A stretch of DNA of 62,961 nucleotides, filler included, from Octopus bimaculoides (GCF_001194135.2; 5 parts of 4 records of this genome joined end to end with filler, not necessarily neighbours in it), one strand, 5' to 3'; numbered from the whole stretch's first letter, positions 23,282 to 38,458 are shown. The notes: generated by a model not told the origin, from the sequence alone. Numbers and translations are program-made.

Positions 23282-25242
23282 TATATATATATATATTCAT
23301 ATCATAGAATATTTCGACGGATTCATATAGCTAACTCTCGTACACATGTTTCCTTATATGTTCTCTTATATTTTGAATATTCTTTTCAATATTTATTATA
23401 GAAGCATGCATAAGAAAATTATTCAAACAAATACTTTTAAATATTATATTACTCTAATGATTTTTTAACAATATCAACTGGTCAAATAGTCATAAAAATA
23501 GATTTTTCTTAATTNNNNNNNNNNNNNNNNNNNNNNNNNNNNNNNNNNNNNNNNNNNNTTAATTAATTAANNNNNNNNNNNNNNNNNNNNNNNNNNNNNN
23601 NNNNNNNNNNNNNNCATAGATAGATAGGTAGATAGATAGATAAATAGATAGATAGATATATAGATAGATACATACATACATACATACATACATACATAGT
23701 CTTGTGAAGTTTTTGGACGTATCAATGCGTATCTATGATCTTTATGCTTAACCGTAAATTGCTCAACTTTGAGCCATGACATTTAAGTTTATATTTATCA
23801 CATACCATTTTATATCACGAAATTTATATACTATTTGCAATTCTGCTACTAAGGGACGAAAAAGCCTTGGAGATTTCTTCGTTTTAATTTAGCACAAGTG
23901 TTTCCATTCTTTTAAGCATTCAATTTTTAGTTTGAATAAATTCATTGATTTCTTTTAGTTTCATAATTTACACACACACGTGCGCGCCGTCACAAACTCA
24001 TACACACACACGCACGTACGCGCTCACACGTTCAAGTACGCAGAGAAATAAACATATACAGGAATACACGATTATTCAGCAGAATCACGTTGACAAAATT
24101 TTAAAAAAGGAATAAAAAGAACACATAAGAGTGATAAAATAAAACAACAATAATAAATTAGAAATGTACGCAGAATTCGTAGGAAAAAACAGTAAAAAGA
24201 TAACGATGATAAAACAGTATCTTAACTGAATGAATTTCGATCGTATTTATTTTCTGCTTCCGAAAATGTTGGAATCCGTGGTAAAATTTTGTGCTGATCT
24301 ATCTTTATCAATATTTATAACGCAAAACATCGAAAACAAAACGAACCAAATACATGAGTTACAGATTTCTATTAAATTATCACCCTCTGGATATTTATAA
24401 AACTTTTGATTTGGTAAGCCAATTTTGCAATGATTCGGGTCAATATTTTTTTCTTGTGTCTAAACAACCTGTAAAATAAAATAATAATAATAATAATAAT
24501 AATAATAATNNNNNNNNNNNNNNNNNNNNNNNNNNNNNNNNNNNNNNNNNNNNNNNNNNNNNNNNNNNNNNNNNNNNNNNNNNNNNNNNNNNNNNNNNNN
24601 NNNNNNNNNNNNNNNNNNNNNNNNNNNNNNNNNNNNNNNNNNNNNNNNNNNNNNNNNNNNNNNNNNNNNNNNNNNNNNNNNNNNNNNNNNNNNNNNNNNN
24701 NNNNNNNNNNNNNNNNNNNNNNNNNNNNNNNNNNNNNNNNNNNNNNNNNNNNNNNNNNNNNNNNNNNNNNNNNNNNNNNNNNNNNNNNNNNNNNNNNNNN
24801 NNNNNNNNNNNNNNNNNNNNNNNNNNNNNNNNNNNNNNNNNNNNNNNNNNNNNNNNNNNNNNNNNNNNNNNNNNNNNNNNNNNNNNNNNNNNNNNNNNNN
24901 NNNNNNNNNNNNNNNNNNNNNNNNNNNNNNNNNNNNNNNNNNNNNNNNNNNNNNNNNNNNNNNNNNNNNNNNNNNNNNNNNNNNNNNNNNNNNNNNNNNN
25001 NNNNNNNNNNNNNNNNNNNNNNNNNNNNNNNNNNNNNNNNNNNNNNNNNNNNNNNNNNNNNNNNNNNNNNNNNNNNNNNNNNNNNNNNNNNNNNNNNNNN
25101 NNNNNNNNNNNNNNNNNNNNNNNNNNNNNNNNNNNNNNNNNNNNNNNNNNNNNNNNNNNNNNNNNNNNNNNNNNNNNNNNNNNNNNNNNNNNNNNNNNNN
25201 NNNNNNNNNNNNNNNNNNNNNNNNNNNNNNNNNNNNNNNNNN

Positions 25243-25333
<91 letters not shown>

Positions 25334-26194
25334 GCTTTGTGTAGTTATTTTTGTGTTTATAGTACTATGTGCACCTCTATTATGCAGCACGATTCATTTC
25401 TCTATTCTCATCAGTAAACTTTTTTCTCTTAGCAACAAATGAACATAAAACCAAATAGTTTTCTTTCTCTTTAATATGATAGGGCACTATTGGTTTGGAA
25501 AGAAGATTGCCCAATTCATTAGTTTATAAACAATTTATGATAACATAAGACATTCACTCCATTTTGTGAAACATCCTATACAAAGATAATACAATTCCCA
25601 GAGTTATACACTTTCTAAATGCTTTTATAGCGATCAGAAATTGCTAATATTATCCATTCAGCTATAGAACCACGCAGCTTACGTATATGCTTAATAAAGC
25701 AAAAACTAATTCTTTCAAAGCAAAATTTTTATCAATAAAACCAAAAATGACTCGATTGTATTTTGTTATTCCCCTTTCTCTGATATTTCAAATGTTTAGG
25801 TAAGTTGACCATGAATATTTGGAAATGATTTACAAATGTGTACATTCCAAAACATTAACGAAATTTGAATCAAATATATCATGTCAAATATAAATACTAC
25901 AGAGACTCTTGGTAGTTTGCTGATTTAATAGGGTCCCAGACATGTAGATAGGGGAATGATCGAAAATGGCAAATTGTTTGAAACTAATGCGTCACAAGTT
26001 TTGTATGCTGCCCTCTTGTGTGTCGGGTATTGAAATGTCACCAAGGTCAAATGTGCCATTCACATATCGGAATCAGAAATGGTAAATCCGACAAATCTCA
26101 CAAATTTATGTGTAGGAATGTAGGTTATTGAATAGCGCTATGTATTTCGTTCGATGAGCTAACGGTTTTGCTATCTCGAAATCATTTGATATTG

Positions 26195-26312
26195 GAGCAA
26201 GGCCAGCAATTTCAGGGGGTGCGTGTAATTCGATTACATTGGACCAGTAACCAACTGGTACTTATTTTATCGACCCACGAAAGAATGAAAGTCAAAGTCG
26301 ACCTCGGCGGAA
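26195..26312 (-). mobile_element. Family A SINE fragment
   Basis: CTGGTACTTATTTTATCGACC...AAAGTCGACCTCGGCGGAATT. Confidence 0.85.
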
Positions 26313-26754
26313 TTTTATTTTATCTAGTTTACTTAACAGGCAATAATGTGTAATTTTGTGATGGTCAGGTGTTTTGTCTAGTAGGAAGGGACTATATAAT
26401 CCTATAATTTTTTAAACAAAAGCACTGAATTTTCTTGATTCACCTATAAATCATTAAATCAACACGGTAATAAAAGTTCCAGCATTTACAAAAGGAAATA
26501 GGACGTAACTAGAGACACGAAAAAAAAAAACCAGTTAGTAGCATCATTGAACACCACTTCATCAGTGCCCTATTCGAAAGTGCTACGCTGTATTCACTTT
26601 GAAAACTAATAAATATNNNNNNNNNNNNNNNNNNNNNNNNNNNNNNNNNNNNNNNNNNNNNNNNNNNNNNNNNNNNNNNNNNNNNNNNNNNNNNNNNNNN
26701 NNNNNNNNNNNNNNNNNNNNNNNNNNNNNNNNNNNNNNNNNNNNNNNNNNNNNN

Positions 26755-26793
<39 letters not shown>

Positions 26794-27612
26794 TTGGACA
26801 CGATAATTTACAGAAGTGATTCATAATCGTTATATATGTAAACAAAGAAATGCCCATATTTATATTTTATACAGAATATATATTACATTTAAAAGTTTGC
26901 ATAGAGTTTCGTTTGATAACTTCACTTTTAAGTATATCTTAAAAGCCATGACAAATGATTTTGCTCCTATTATTATGTTGTAGGTTACATTTAGTTTTTT
27001 CTTTCCAAACATAGTTTTATTTTCATATCTTTTTTCGCGTCTCATATAAGAAATTTTGAAATTATAAACAAAAATTATGTTACAATACAAATACTCAACT
27101 AAACTAATTCAAGCAATAAACAGTGAAATGCAATTTATACGAGAAAAATAGAAAAATAAAACAGACAATAGCAAAACAAGCCCGACCAGAAATCAATTAT
27201 ATAAATGCTATCTTAGGCAATTAAGACGTCTGCCTGTGTCTGAATAACATCTAATTATTCAGTTTTCTTTCTGTTAATCAATATTTTACATACACTACCT
27301 TGAGTATAAAAACAATAAAAAAATGTAATTATTCAGGACAACTTATAGAATTTCATATAAACGTCACAAGGTAAGTGAAACTGTGAAGATGCTGTATAAA
27401 CAGGACGACAAAATTGTACCCAATTATGGATAAAACCATTTAGGAAACACTTTATTACCTGAAGATTACTCAGCTATTCATTTCGATATGTTCATAAACA
27501 CATGTACACAATTATGTATATATATGTATATGTGTGTATTCAAGTGTCTGTATGTGTGTGTGTGTGTGTGTGTGTATGTGTGTGTGTATGTGTGTGTGTG
27601 TGTGTGTATGTG

Positions 27613-27644
<32 letters not shown>

Positions 27645-28282
27645 GGAATGGAGATGGAGGGGACAGAATTATATTAGTACTGTATTTTAGAATATGTAAG
27701 GAATTAGTGCCTGCTTGAGTTATATGACTAGTTTTGAAAGTGAGAGATATCTTCAAATTTAGGTTAACAAACAATTCATGAAATTCTAAGATGGATTAGA
27801 TCTTCGAGAGCGATAAGAAGGCTGAGAAAGTACGAATTATGCATTAGATTATAAAATCAGATCATAACAACCTGCAATAGTGAATACTGAACATATAGTT
27901 CGCTGAAGATCATGACGTTCTCGTGGCTACAAAGTGTTTCAAGAACACCATATAATCACTTAGCATTTATTTGAGAAAGTATGACGATAAACAGAATTAT
28001 GGTGTCCTTTTTATGCACAAAACGGTGTGGGTAATAACAAGTGGCAACTCAAACGCGTCAAGATGTCCGTGTCCATCTCCGCTATCCAAATTCTGTTTCT
28101 TTCATTTCCCAGTAAATATACCTAATTTATATGTAATAAATTTAATGGAGTAACATTTATGTAAAGTACTGTGTTCACAAAAGTTCGGCGAAAGTACTGT
28201 TGTATGTGAAATGTAAACAAAAAACAAAAACAAATCGACAGAATGTAGTATAGATAATCAAAATAAATAAGTGTGCCGGCAA

Positions 28283-28486
28283 TATGAGGGGTTGCGGAAA
28301 AGCTCCTGGCTTAAAGGGAATTGTCAAAACCCTGGTTGGGGGAACAACTTTCCACTTTCTTTTACATGGATTTTAAAACAACAATAGGACCGCACCAATC
28401 TTAGAGGACATGTTGAATAAAATTATAATGAAATAATCCTTGCGTATTTTCTTTTATCCAAAGCCAGGAACTGTTCATCATATGTA
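28283..28486. mobile_element. Mariner-type MITE, degenerate
   Basis: Left TATGAGGGGTTGCGGAAAAGCTCCTGGCTT and right AAGCCAGGAACTGTTCA form imperfect TIRs resembling mariner ends; TA-rich termini. Confidence 0.65.
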
Positions 28487-29705
28487 TGTTTGTACGTGTG
28501 TGTATGTGTGTGTATGTGTGTGTGTGCGTCTCTGTGTGTGTGTATAACTCTTGGAAACGCCAATGTTATAATGGTGGCGGCTGATGAAGCAAATGTTCTC
28601 TATGTGGCCTGTGTGTTTTTTCTACCTTGTTTATCATTTTGTGCATGTTTATTTTTTGGCAACGTCATGTACCCAGGTATGCATCTATATGTACATGTAG
28701 ATGAAGGTATGTACATACATGTACATATATATACATATACTCATATATTATATATATGTANNNNNNNNNNNNNNNNNNNNNNNNNNNNNNNNNNNNNNNN
28801 NNNNNNNNNNNNNNNNNNNNNNNNNNNNNNNNNNNNNNNNNNNNNNNNNNNNNNNNNNNNNNNNNNNNNNNNNNNNNNNNNNNNNNNNNNNNNNNNNNNN
28901 NNNNNNNNNNNNNNNNNNNNNNNTTCAGAAAAATTCAATATCATGCATGCACTCTTTGCTAGTTCTTATTCAAATGACTTAAAATTTTAACAGCATGTGT
29001 AGAAATAGGGCAACATTTTATGCTTAATATTTGATATGTTTATCTTTTCAGGTACAGAAATGGCACACACAGAGAGAGAGATAAGTATATGGGCTGTGAC
29101 ATAATATGATTATATTTCTAAGCGGTACAGTGCTTATTCGGCTTACGCCATAATACTAATTCTAACTATTAGTGAATACCTTTAAGCTGTAACTTTTGTT
29201 TCCTAAACGTTTGGAAAAGATCTATAATGTTATTTATGTTGATCTCTTTTCAGATTATTTTTCTACTTATAACTGTTTACGTTGACCAATGTTGATATGT
29301 CTTCCTAACGTTTTATTTCATCGTGTTATATGAATTAATTTGTTTTTTGTCCTGTTGGTTTCTTTATAACCTGAACTATGTACTAATAATGTGTTCAAAT
29401 TTCAGCTCTCTAGATATCCATGAAGGCCTATTATCAATAGCTTAACAAGCGTATTTTTTCAAGTGTTATTTGGGCTTCGATATGTAGCGACGAGTCTATA
29501 TATCACATATATAGTACAATCATTACAAATATTTTAATGTATTGTGTCGAAAAAGATCATTGATTTATTCTCGGTCTATTTGACCATATGTCTCCTTTTT
29601 TCTTATTGTTACAAATATGTAGATTGCATTCTTACAATATAAATAATATATGTGTGTATATACCCACACGTACACGGAGACACACTCACACGCATACATA
29701 CATAT

Positions 29706-30325
29706 ATGCATATATGGGTACAGGACGTCACCAACACTAAACAATATGAAATACGAAAACAAATGAGTTAAATACGTAAACGAGAGAAATAAAATGAAAA
29801 ACTGGACAAGTAACACAAAGAACGACACTTCATCAATTGTCGGCTGTCTATCTACTCCTCATTTCGAGCAGTGAGCGACAATATGAGTCATCGAAAACAG
29901 TTGCTCCCATAAATCCCAAAATAAAAGTTTGGATTTATGGACGGTCAAAGTTTGGAACAAAAACATGACTGGAGATATACAAGGAAATCAAATGAAAACA
30001 AACATAGAAAGTTGTTACACCAGAACGAGGGTAAAATAGCGAACGCTGGAGAATTATTTTCTTTCAAAAGAGAAAAGATAGAAGAGAGAGATAGAAGACG
30101 TCCTGTCTTTAGCTATTTATGGGAGCAACTGTCTTCGAAGACTCATATTGTGGTTCAAAGCTAGAACTGAGAAGTAGATAGACAGCCGACAACTGATGAA
30201 GAGTCGTTCTGTGTCTTACTTGTCCTGTTTTCCATTTTTCTCTCTCATTGTTTGCGCATTGCACTCATTTGTTTTCGCATTTCATGTGGTTTACTGTTGG
30301 TGATGCCCTGTACCCATATATGCAT
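29706..30325. repeat. Long imperfect inverted repeat (~210-bp arms, ~200-bp spacer)
   Basis: 29706-29914 is the reverse complement of 30115-30325 (e.g. TTGTCGGCTGTCTATCTACT / AGTAGATAGACAGCCGACAA). Confidence 0.92.
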
Positions 30326-30326
30326 G

Positions 30327-30387
<61 letters not shown>

Positions 30388-31171
30388 ATGTGCATTCATA
30401 TACATGCATGTGTGAATGTATATTTGCAGTTTTCTATCTCTCACGTATTTTTGAATTTGCACTTGTAGATATGTTTCATATTTGTAAACTTATATTTTAG
30501 TTCGATAACATCTAATTTAATTTTCTTATACTTATTTATTAAAATTTCATTATTAATTTTGTATCTATATATGCGGAACAAAAATGTATTAGTAAAATTT
30601 TACGAATGAGATTTAAATATATAGATTTATTTGGTATGAAATCAAACGAAATATTCCGAAATACTTTACAAATGCATCCATGATATATAGACAGTTTCCA
30701 ATCGTCTATAGTTCACTCATTTAAGAATGGCGACCGAATGTTGCATGGAGAAGGAAACTGAAAGATTAATTGTTTAAAATGTGGCAGTATTGTCATATTA
30801 AGATTAATGTGAGATAACTTACTTTTGGCAAAAAATATTTCTTGTATGATTTCTAAAGTCTTTGATATTGAAAGATGATTTTTAGAGGAGTCGGTCTATC
30901 GGAGAGAGATTTTCAATCTGATAACATGAGCATGTAATAAATCAAAACCGATGTTATGTAAGAAATCGTGACTTATATCTTTCCTTTTTAGCACACTACT
31001 CCCTTTTAAATCATACAAAAACACACACGCATACATACAAATATGTACATACATTCTTTCCTGCATGATTTATAACAAATACGAATGAGCGTAGCATACA
31101 CATCTGAAGCTGTTTCTCATAAACTCACTTTTATAATGCATATATATATATATATATGCATGTGCGTATGT

Positions 31172-31230
<59 letters not shown>

Positions 31231-32267
31231 CATGCATGTAAATGATTTTGATTTCTCTTTCCTTAGAAGTCGAAACATCAAGAGAACAGGACATTCCATA
31301 TTTAGACATGATCAAGCAACTGTTTGAAACAGCCAAAATATAATGGTTCTCCATACACTTATTTATAAAAATATCTATCAAATGATTTATGGCTACATTG
31401 GACATAGAGTAAACGTTTCCATAAATATTGTGCTAAATACAGTATGATGTATGTTGTAATGCAGATTAGTCTAACGCGTACCGATAAGAATGATTTCTGC
31501 AATAGGAACAAGTCCATACAGTGTTTGCTTTGTTTCTGTATTACTATCACATGGTACCGAACTTTAAAAAAATAGCGATGCAATTAGGTGGTTTTACTTG
31601 AAATGAGTGAGAGAAACATTATGAGTAAATTTCCGCACGTAAATTACAGCCTTCTATACTTCCTCTTCTCTACTATTTACTATTTACTTCCTTACCTTCG
31701 CTAGGTATCCCGAAGCAGATGGAAGGATGCAGAGAAAAGTACTCATCATGCTTGGACTGTGACAGTGAAGAAGTGGGCATAAATAACACCATAACAAATT
31801 TGATGAAATCCAGGATACGATGACAGTAGTGAGTACGGTTTGTTTAATATGTGTGGAAGGAAATAATATAACTTGTGGAGTGATTACGTATTTAAGAATG
31901 AGTGAATTTATACAAATGCTACCATGCTGTTCATGAAATCACTAGTCAATGATGTTATACAGTTGAACGGGATATGGGTGTTTGATTGCGCACACAGAGA
32001 TAAAATACAGTGAGAAATGATATGCTAAGTAAAGAAGGGTATGTATTTTGAACGGTAAAAGAAGAGTTAAATAATATACAAGATGTATAATATAGAAATA
32101 CTAATCTTTTTAATGAGGTCAAGATCAACCAAAAGAGAAGCGAAAGTAAAAAAGCCAGAATATTTGAGATGAGAGGCAAACGGGAGTGAGAGCCAAATGA
32201 AATATGAAGGACAAAAATATAGTCACACGCGGAAGTACGGAAGTGTACAAATAATCGTGTTCTCCGT

Positions 32268-32305
<38 letters not shown>

Positions 32306-32399
32306 AAATGCCTCTCGTGGAAAATACATAAACATATCTAGATTTCTTGTTTAGTCTGGAATAGCTAAGCTGCTATTCACATGAACTTACTGTTTATTA

Positions 32400-33040
32400 T
32401 CATATGCACATCATATGATAAGTCTTCAAATTCGCCTTCACCACCAGATCATATCAGGGGAAAATCTGATATTATTTCAGGTGGGTATTGTTGGTTTACT
32501 TCAAGGTTACCTCACTGAAGATGGGTGTAGAGTGCATCACTTGAAGCCAGAGAAAATGAAACATGCTGTGCAAATACACCCTCACCCGCTCCAAAACGGT
32601 CAAGGTCGTTTCATCCACAAAAAGCCTATTTTGAAATGAAAATGCTAGTGTTTATTGATTATCTTTAAAGAGCCACCTAGTCAATGGCGAGTACTATGCC
32701 AAGTCCCTGAGAGTAATATGCTAATTTCCAGTTATGAAAGGTTATCAAGATAAAAGGAGCTGGAAAACTCACGAAAGTTGTATTGTTTCTTCGGGAGAAT
32801 GCTCCAGGACTTCCTCTTAAGTTTCAGTGACACCTGTGCGTGACTGTGGCTTTAAACTGGTTGGTCAGCATCCCTGTCCCCGCATCACTATCATCATTTC
32901 CCTACCACGAAAAGAATATTTGACTGTGAACCAGTATCGCAGTTATGATGAGGTAATATCTCTCTTCTCTTCATCAATAGCATCCAAGCACTGCTACTCC
33001 GGTGGAAGAAACGTGTGGACCACAAATGTCGAAAAATAAA
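32400..33040 (+). mobile_element. Mariner-family transposase remnant
   Basis: TEDGCRVHHLKPE (T.DE.W.H...PE), VFIDYL, VNGEYYAK, ENAP, VRDCGFKLVGQHP, QYRSYDEV, RWKKRVD. Confidence 0.85.
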
Positions 33041-34689
33041 ATTCTTTTGTCACATTCTTTTAGTATCTTGGTCACTATTAATATTTCAGCCGACGATCTT
33101 ACAAAGCTTATAAATAGAAAGCGTCTATATCGTGGGAGCTTGATTTTTAGCAAGAGTTTGAATAGAATAGCATGAATTGCTAAATTAATCAACAATGCAT
33201 ACTGCCAGAACTCTACATTTCTATTTAAGAGCCTACTACCTCTATGAGGAGAAGTTAGCGTGGAATCAAGCAAAAAACGCTGAAACCTCTGAATCATGGT
33301 TTAAAATTCTGAGCATATTTCACTTTCAATATTCTATATTTGGAGCTTAAGTGCTGAATTATGTTTACTGTTTCATTATCACTGAGGGACCGATGAAAAA
33401 ATTACAAGTTGTATTCTAGAATAAATTGAATCGATTATAATATTGTCGCCCGAGAACAAAATAAATTATTGCATTGTTTAATGAAAATCAATCATCATTT
33501 TTTCATAGATAGCCCAGTCCTTTACGGAACATTTTTGCAATTATAAATAAATTACAAGTTGGTATGATCAATTTCTATTACTTAATTTAGAAATTGTATA
33601 ATTTCTATTTATTTTTATTTAATTTGATTGTCAAATTATTTAATTTAATTTTCTAGTGAAAATTTCATCTCATAAGTTATCAATTTGAATCTGAGAGTTA
33701 CAAAGCAAATAAAATATAAATTATTCGATCTGTTTAGGCCACAAAACTCTTAGATTCGTTTCTTATAAAAGATGATTGCTTTAATTACATTAGTATATAT
33801 TTCCGCTCGTTTCTGCGTGTAAGAAATATGGGAGTGTAGGTATACATAGACATAAGCAAGCATCTTTGTATGAATCAAAACACGCTCCCACACAGAAATA
33901 ACACAATACACACACATACAAAAAAGCAAACACTAAATCGCACACGTACACGCACTTGAATTCACCTAAATTACTATGAATAAATGTGTACCTTATATGT
34001 ATGTCATTATTCAGTTTTATTTCAAGAATTCTTGCCAATAGACAAAAAGCCGGTTTCTAACCTAGATCCAAGACTCCTTCATTGGAATTTCAGCATCAGG
34101 GTATTTGCAACAACAGGGTATTTTTGTTTGTATACATCTATGTATATGTGCAGATTTGTATCTGTTGTTTTATGTATGCATTCTAATGCATATAGTTGTA
34201 TATCTAGACATGCTCGTATATACTTAAATGATAAACGTCTGATACAGTTTTACAGATTTGTACAGTTCCAGTGATCGATTGAATCTTTAGTCTTCGAAAT
34301 AGCTTTCTCTTTACTCGTTTTGAGAAGCTTAATTTTTTAAGATTGGTATTTAGGCAGTGTGTTACATTTCCAGGGTTTGATAATTACAGGTATAAACCTG
34401 AAATTGTAATCTGGATAGAGTAAATGCTTTCTTGATCAATGTTACTATCATATCAAAGATTTCTACTGATATATCAATGCATAGACTCTCCTGCTCATGT
34501 ATGTTCATTCTTTCATTTGATAATAGAGACGTGTGGCACAGGCAAGTGTTTAGAGTAAATTCTAAAAGCGAATGTTAAAACGATTAATAAATAACACAGG
34601 TAGGTGTTTTGGGTAAATTTCGTAATGTTTATGTCTCATTTTGTCAAGTACAGATTCATGTTGAGGGAGAGAGTCAAAGTCGTTGGAGA

Positions 34690-35330
34690 GGATAATGATG
34701 AAATTTGTAGTTTAGATGTTAGGTATCATATAGAATTCGAAGCAATCTAAATATTGGAAAAGTTTTACCTGTATCATACGATGTGACACCAGATATAAAC
34801 TGCAGTTAAATGCTCTGTGAACAATGTAAAGATTGTAAGACGTGATATGGATAGCTCTAACGGCGATTACGAAGGCGTGAGTAGGAGGCAGAAGCACAGG
34901 TGATCTGGTCAATTCAGCACGTTCGAATACTTCCTCAGATCTTTAAACAGGGCCTTAGGCTCAGTTTAGGCGGATATTTGAAGATTCTTCGGACTATGGT
35001 TAATCATATATGTGGCTGTATGATTCCACTCCTTGTCAAACATCCGGAAAGACTTAGAATGATTGTCGGACAATTTCTATGAATTCGTCAACCCCAATTT
35101 CTCTGATTCGTATCACATGGATTACTACATGTGTGTTGTTGTTGATAAAAACACCAACTGTTCTACCTGCTAATCTAAGGTCGTGATGTTGACGAAGATT
35201 AACGAGCTGGGAAAGTCCTCCCATGTAGACAGTCAGAAACGCATGCGCAAGGCTCTGGAGCTGTCTTGAGGCCGTTGTGGAAGCTAAAGCAACTACTTAG
35301 AGTAAACTGTAATCTCCCAGCTATACTCCA
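34690..35330 (+). mobile_element. Tc1/mariner superfamily (DD37D/maT-like) transposase remnant
   Basis: DSTPCQTSGKT...LSDNFYEF, PNFSD..HMDYY, terminal LEAVVEAK..YLE-like motif after frameshifts. Confidence 0.75.
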
Positions 35331-35719
35331 ATTGATATTCTTATTTTTGGATGGGATGTTGTACTTTATGACGAGTTTTGTTCTAAAACCATCTGTTTAA
35401 ACTGAAATGATCGAAAGACAAAAAAGAAAAATAATAAACAAAGTCGACTTTACCATAAAATTTACTTGTAATTATTCGGTCAAACTTTTCATTGCAGGAA
35501 ATTGTGTCCTGTTCATTGCTCGGCCACCTCCACGAGCACCAACAAATTGTTGCATCTGGCAATAGTAGAAAATGACGCGATAAATATAGCTTGGAAAATG
35601 TCTTCTGTTGCTTTTGTTAGTATAGTTCACTCGTTGTAATTCTTGAGGGCAACGGCAAAAGCAGTAGACATTTATAGTAGCAGAGGTAGTAGTAAAATAG
35701 TACAATACCAGTAATTATA

Positions 35720-35940
35720 ATGATATTGGTTTCAAATTTTTGACACAAGGTCAGCAATGTTGGGAGGAATAAGACCATTACATCCAATACAGTACTCAAC
35801 TGGTACTTGTTTTATCGACCTCTAAATGATGAATGGCAAAGTCGCTCTAGTCAGAATTTGAACTCAGAACATAAAGCCGGACGATATGCCGTGAAGCATA
35901 TTAACCGGTGCGGTAACGACTTTACAAGATCGCCGTCTTA
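35720..35940 (-). mobile_element. Family A SINE, degenerate
   Basis: CAACTGGTACTTGTTTTATCGACC...AATTTGAACTCAGAAC. Confidence 0.8.
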
Positions 35941-36036
35941 GTAATTGAAATGATCTTGACAGCAATAGCGGGGCAAATACAATATTAGTAACATTATTAA
36001 AACTTTAAAGGTATAAACGATGAAAAAGTGAAGAGC

Positions 36037-36140
36037 AAATGGCGTAAGCTAAAGTGGTAGGGGGAAAGTAAAATGGCGTAAGATAAAGGGGGTAGGGGGA
36101 AAAGTAAAATGGCGTAAAATAAAGGTGGTAGGGGAAAAGA
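36037..36140. repeat. 34-36-bp minisatellite, 3 units
   Basis: AAATGGCGTAA starts at 36037, 36071 and 36107. Confidence 0.9.
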
Positions 36141-38082
36141 AAAGGAGTAACAGGAAATTGGTGGAAGAGGTGAAACGACGAAAACAGACATACAATGAAT
36201 AAATAAGTAAAGCCAATACTCACATATGAACATTAACGTATGGAAACCAATCGTCCATTCTTTAAATCTATAGAACATATACTAGGATGCATATACACAT
36301 TGATGTGATTGATATATGTTCTTCAAAAGATTACTTTCTATTTATTAAAGTTATTGACATTCAAATCGATATGCAAGAACGTACCGAATAATTTTAGTGA
36401 AAATACCGATGAAATATTTGTAAAACAACTTATGAATACGATAAATTTGAGTGGTCACTGAGCTTATCGAACACTTTTGGAATGAGCAATGTCCATTCTG
36501 TCACTTTAGCTGGAATCGATAAAAAATTTCTCTTTACCTTTCTCCACGTTTAAGTCGTTAATATCAGATCAAATATGTTGCAGCAATGTTTAAGGTCATT
36601 CCAAGAATTTAGCATATTTGTGAAACATATCCAAATACATATGTCACGAATGACAAACGTGAATGTATGCCTGTGTATGTCTACCTTACTATATGTATGT
36701 GAACGCTAGCCAGTCTCAATACGGAATTCTCTTTTACTATATGTGAGGACTGATCAGTATGCATATGTAGAGAGAGTTGGTTGTCTGCCGGTAAAGTTAT
36801 ACACATCAGGTGATTACGAGAATATAAAATGAAAGTGCACTTATCTATTCTTATTAAATCAAAATGGTGGATCAAAATTTGCCCCTTATTTTACCTCTAC
36901 AATGATTTTCAACTTATGATCAGAAACATTGACCCTAGAAAAAGTTTAATTTGCATGTATAAACTGAAAGGTGATTATCATAATCGATTAAAACTACCTT
37001 TAATAGATTATGTGTTTACATTTGCAGACATTAGGAAAATATATTAACATGAAGTTAATACAAAAATTCTGCCAACGAAATTGTTCCATATACAAATTTG
37101 AACACGTTCCACATCATGAAATTCCGAACGCTTGTTCAATTATACAAGGCTACGTGAAACAATTTACAATTAGTCCCTTTCTCTACTGCCCAACACATTC
37201 TGGATCTGCTACGGAAAATCTAAAACCTGTAAGATTTTGCGTTTTTATATCCTTATCCAGAGAATGTAAACCTATTCTCAAAAATACTAATGAAATATTG
37301 CCAGTATTCTCAGCTGTAATTTTTAAGCAGATATAGTGGTGAGATACTTCCTTTTTGAGGAAGTATACTTTTGAGCAACAAAGGAACTATATGGTTATTT
37401 ATGCAATACATTTATATTGGTATGTTTTATTATGTTTTGCATTTCAAGTAATAGTAACGTGAAACGGAATATTAAAAGGGGAATAATAAGTAATATTGAG
37501 ATCTTTTTAATATTCTTTACTCAACAACAGAAATGTACTTGATACAATATCAATATAATATTATTCACAAATATATTACGATCAAATATCGTCACTAAAA
37601 ATACGCAACACATTGGTGTTTTGGAAAATTATAATCATCAAGTAATTTCCATATAATTCTTTCAGGTTGAATAAGCTATTTAAAAGGTTCTTATTCAATA
37701 AATGCCCAGATATCTCCCTTTATAAACATAACATAAGTCGTGGGAAATTACATACATCTATGATAAATTTTATATTAATACAGGAGATGATGTGTAACAA
37801 CACATTTTAGTTTCAGATATTTCCGTGCTAATTTCTGAATTTCTTTAAAATTGTTCGTTTAATTTCCTCCTTTTGTAATATCCAAAATTACCCCTGTAGC
37901 TTATTGCAACGATTATCTAAATACACACTTTGAAATATGAAGTATGCAATGAGTTTGCAAATGCACCTGAATATTAATCAGCTATGGAACATATTCGAAA
38001 ATTAAGGGAATAAATATCGATAACGTAGCACAAGTTTTGTTTGGAGTTTGTCGGAACCTGAATCATGAAAATCAGGTGGATA

Positions 38083-38458
38083 CGTGGCTGTGTGGTTAGA
38101 AGTCTGCTTCCCAAATACGTGACTGCATATTCAGTCCCACTACTTGACATTTTGGGAAAATTTATTTTGCAATGATCTAGGGAGGACCGAAGCCTTCTAA
38201 GTGAATTTGGTAGACGGAAATTGAAAGAAGCCTGTTGTATACATGAGAGTGTGTGTGTGTGCACGTGTGTATGTGTGCACGCGTGTGTGTGTGCGTGGGT
38301 GGGTGTTTTTATATTCGTGACAATCGGTACTGGCGTGATTACGTAAACATAATTAGTGGCTAGGCAGAATGGAACGATAGAATAAGTACTAGGTTCCAGA
38401 AAACTGAAGTGCTTTTTCCAACGATGCCCGCAGTCCAATGAGTGAAACAAGTAAAAAA
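38083..38458 (+). mobile_element. Family B SINE, full length, degenerate
   Basis: GTGGCTGTGTGGTTAGAAG head, GAATTTGGTAGACGGAAATTGAAAGAAGCC core, internal (GT)n, GAGTGAAACAAGTAAAA end. Confidence 0.85.

Noticed and set aside
29042-29100. Splice-acceptor-like TTTTCAG/G and scattered GGTAAG donors suggesting host exons
   Set aside because: No coherent open exon or recognisable protein; needs RNA-seq
29820-30210. Type II hammerhead in the 29.7-30.3-kb arms (GAAA upstream of CTGATGAAG)
   Set aside because: Stems I and III do not form
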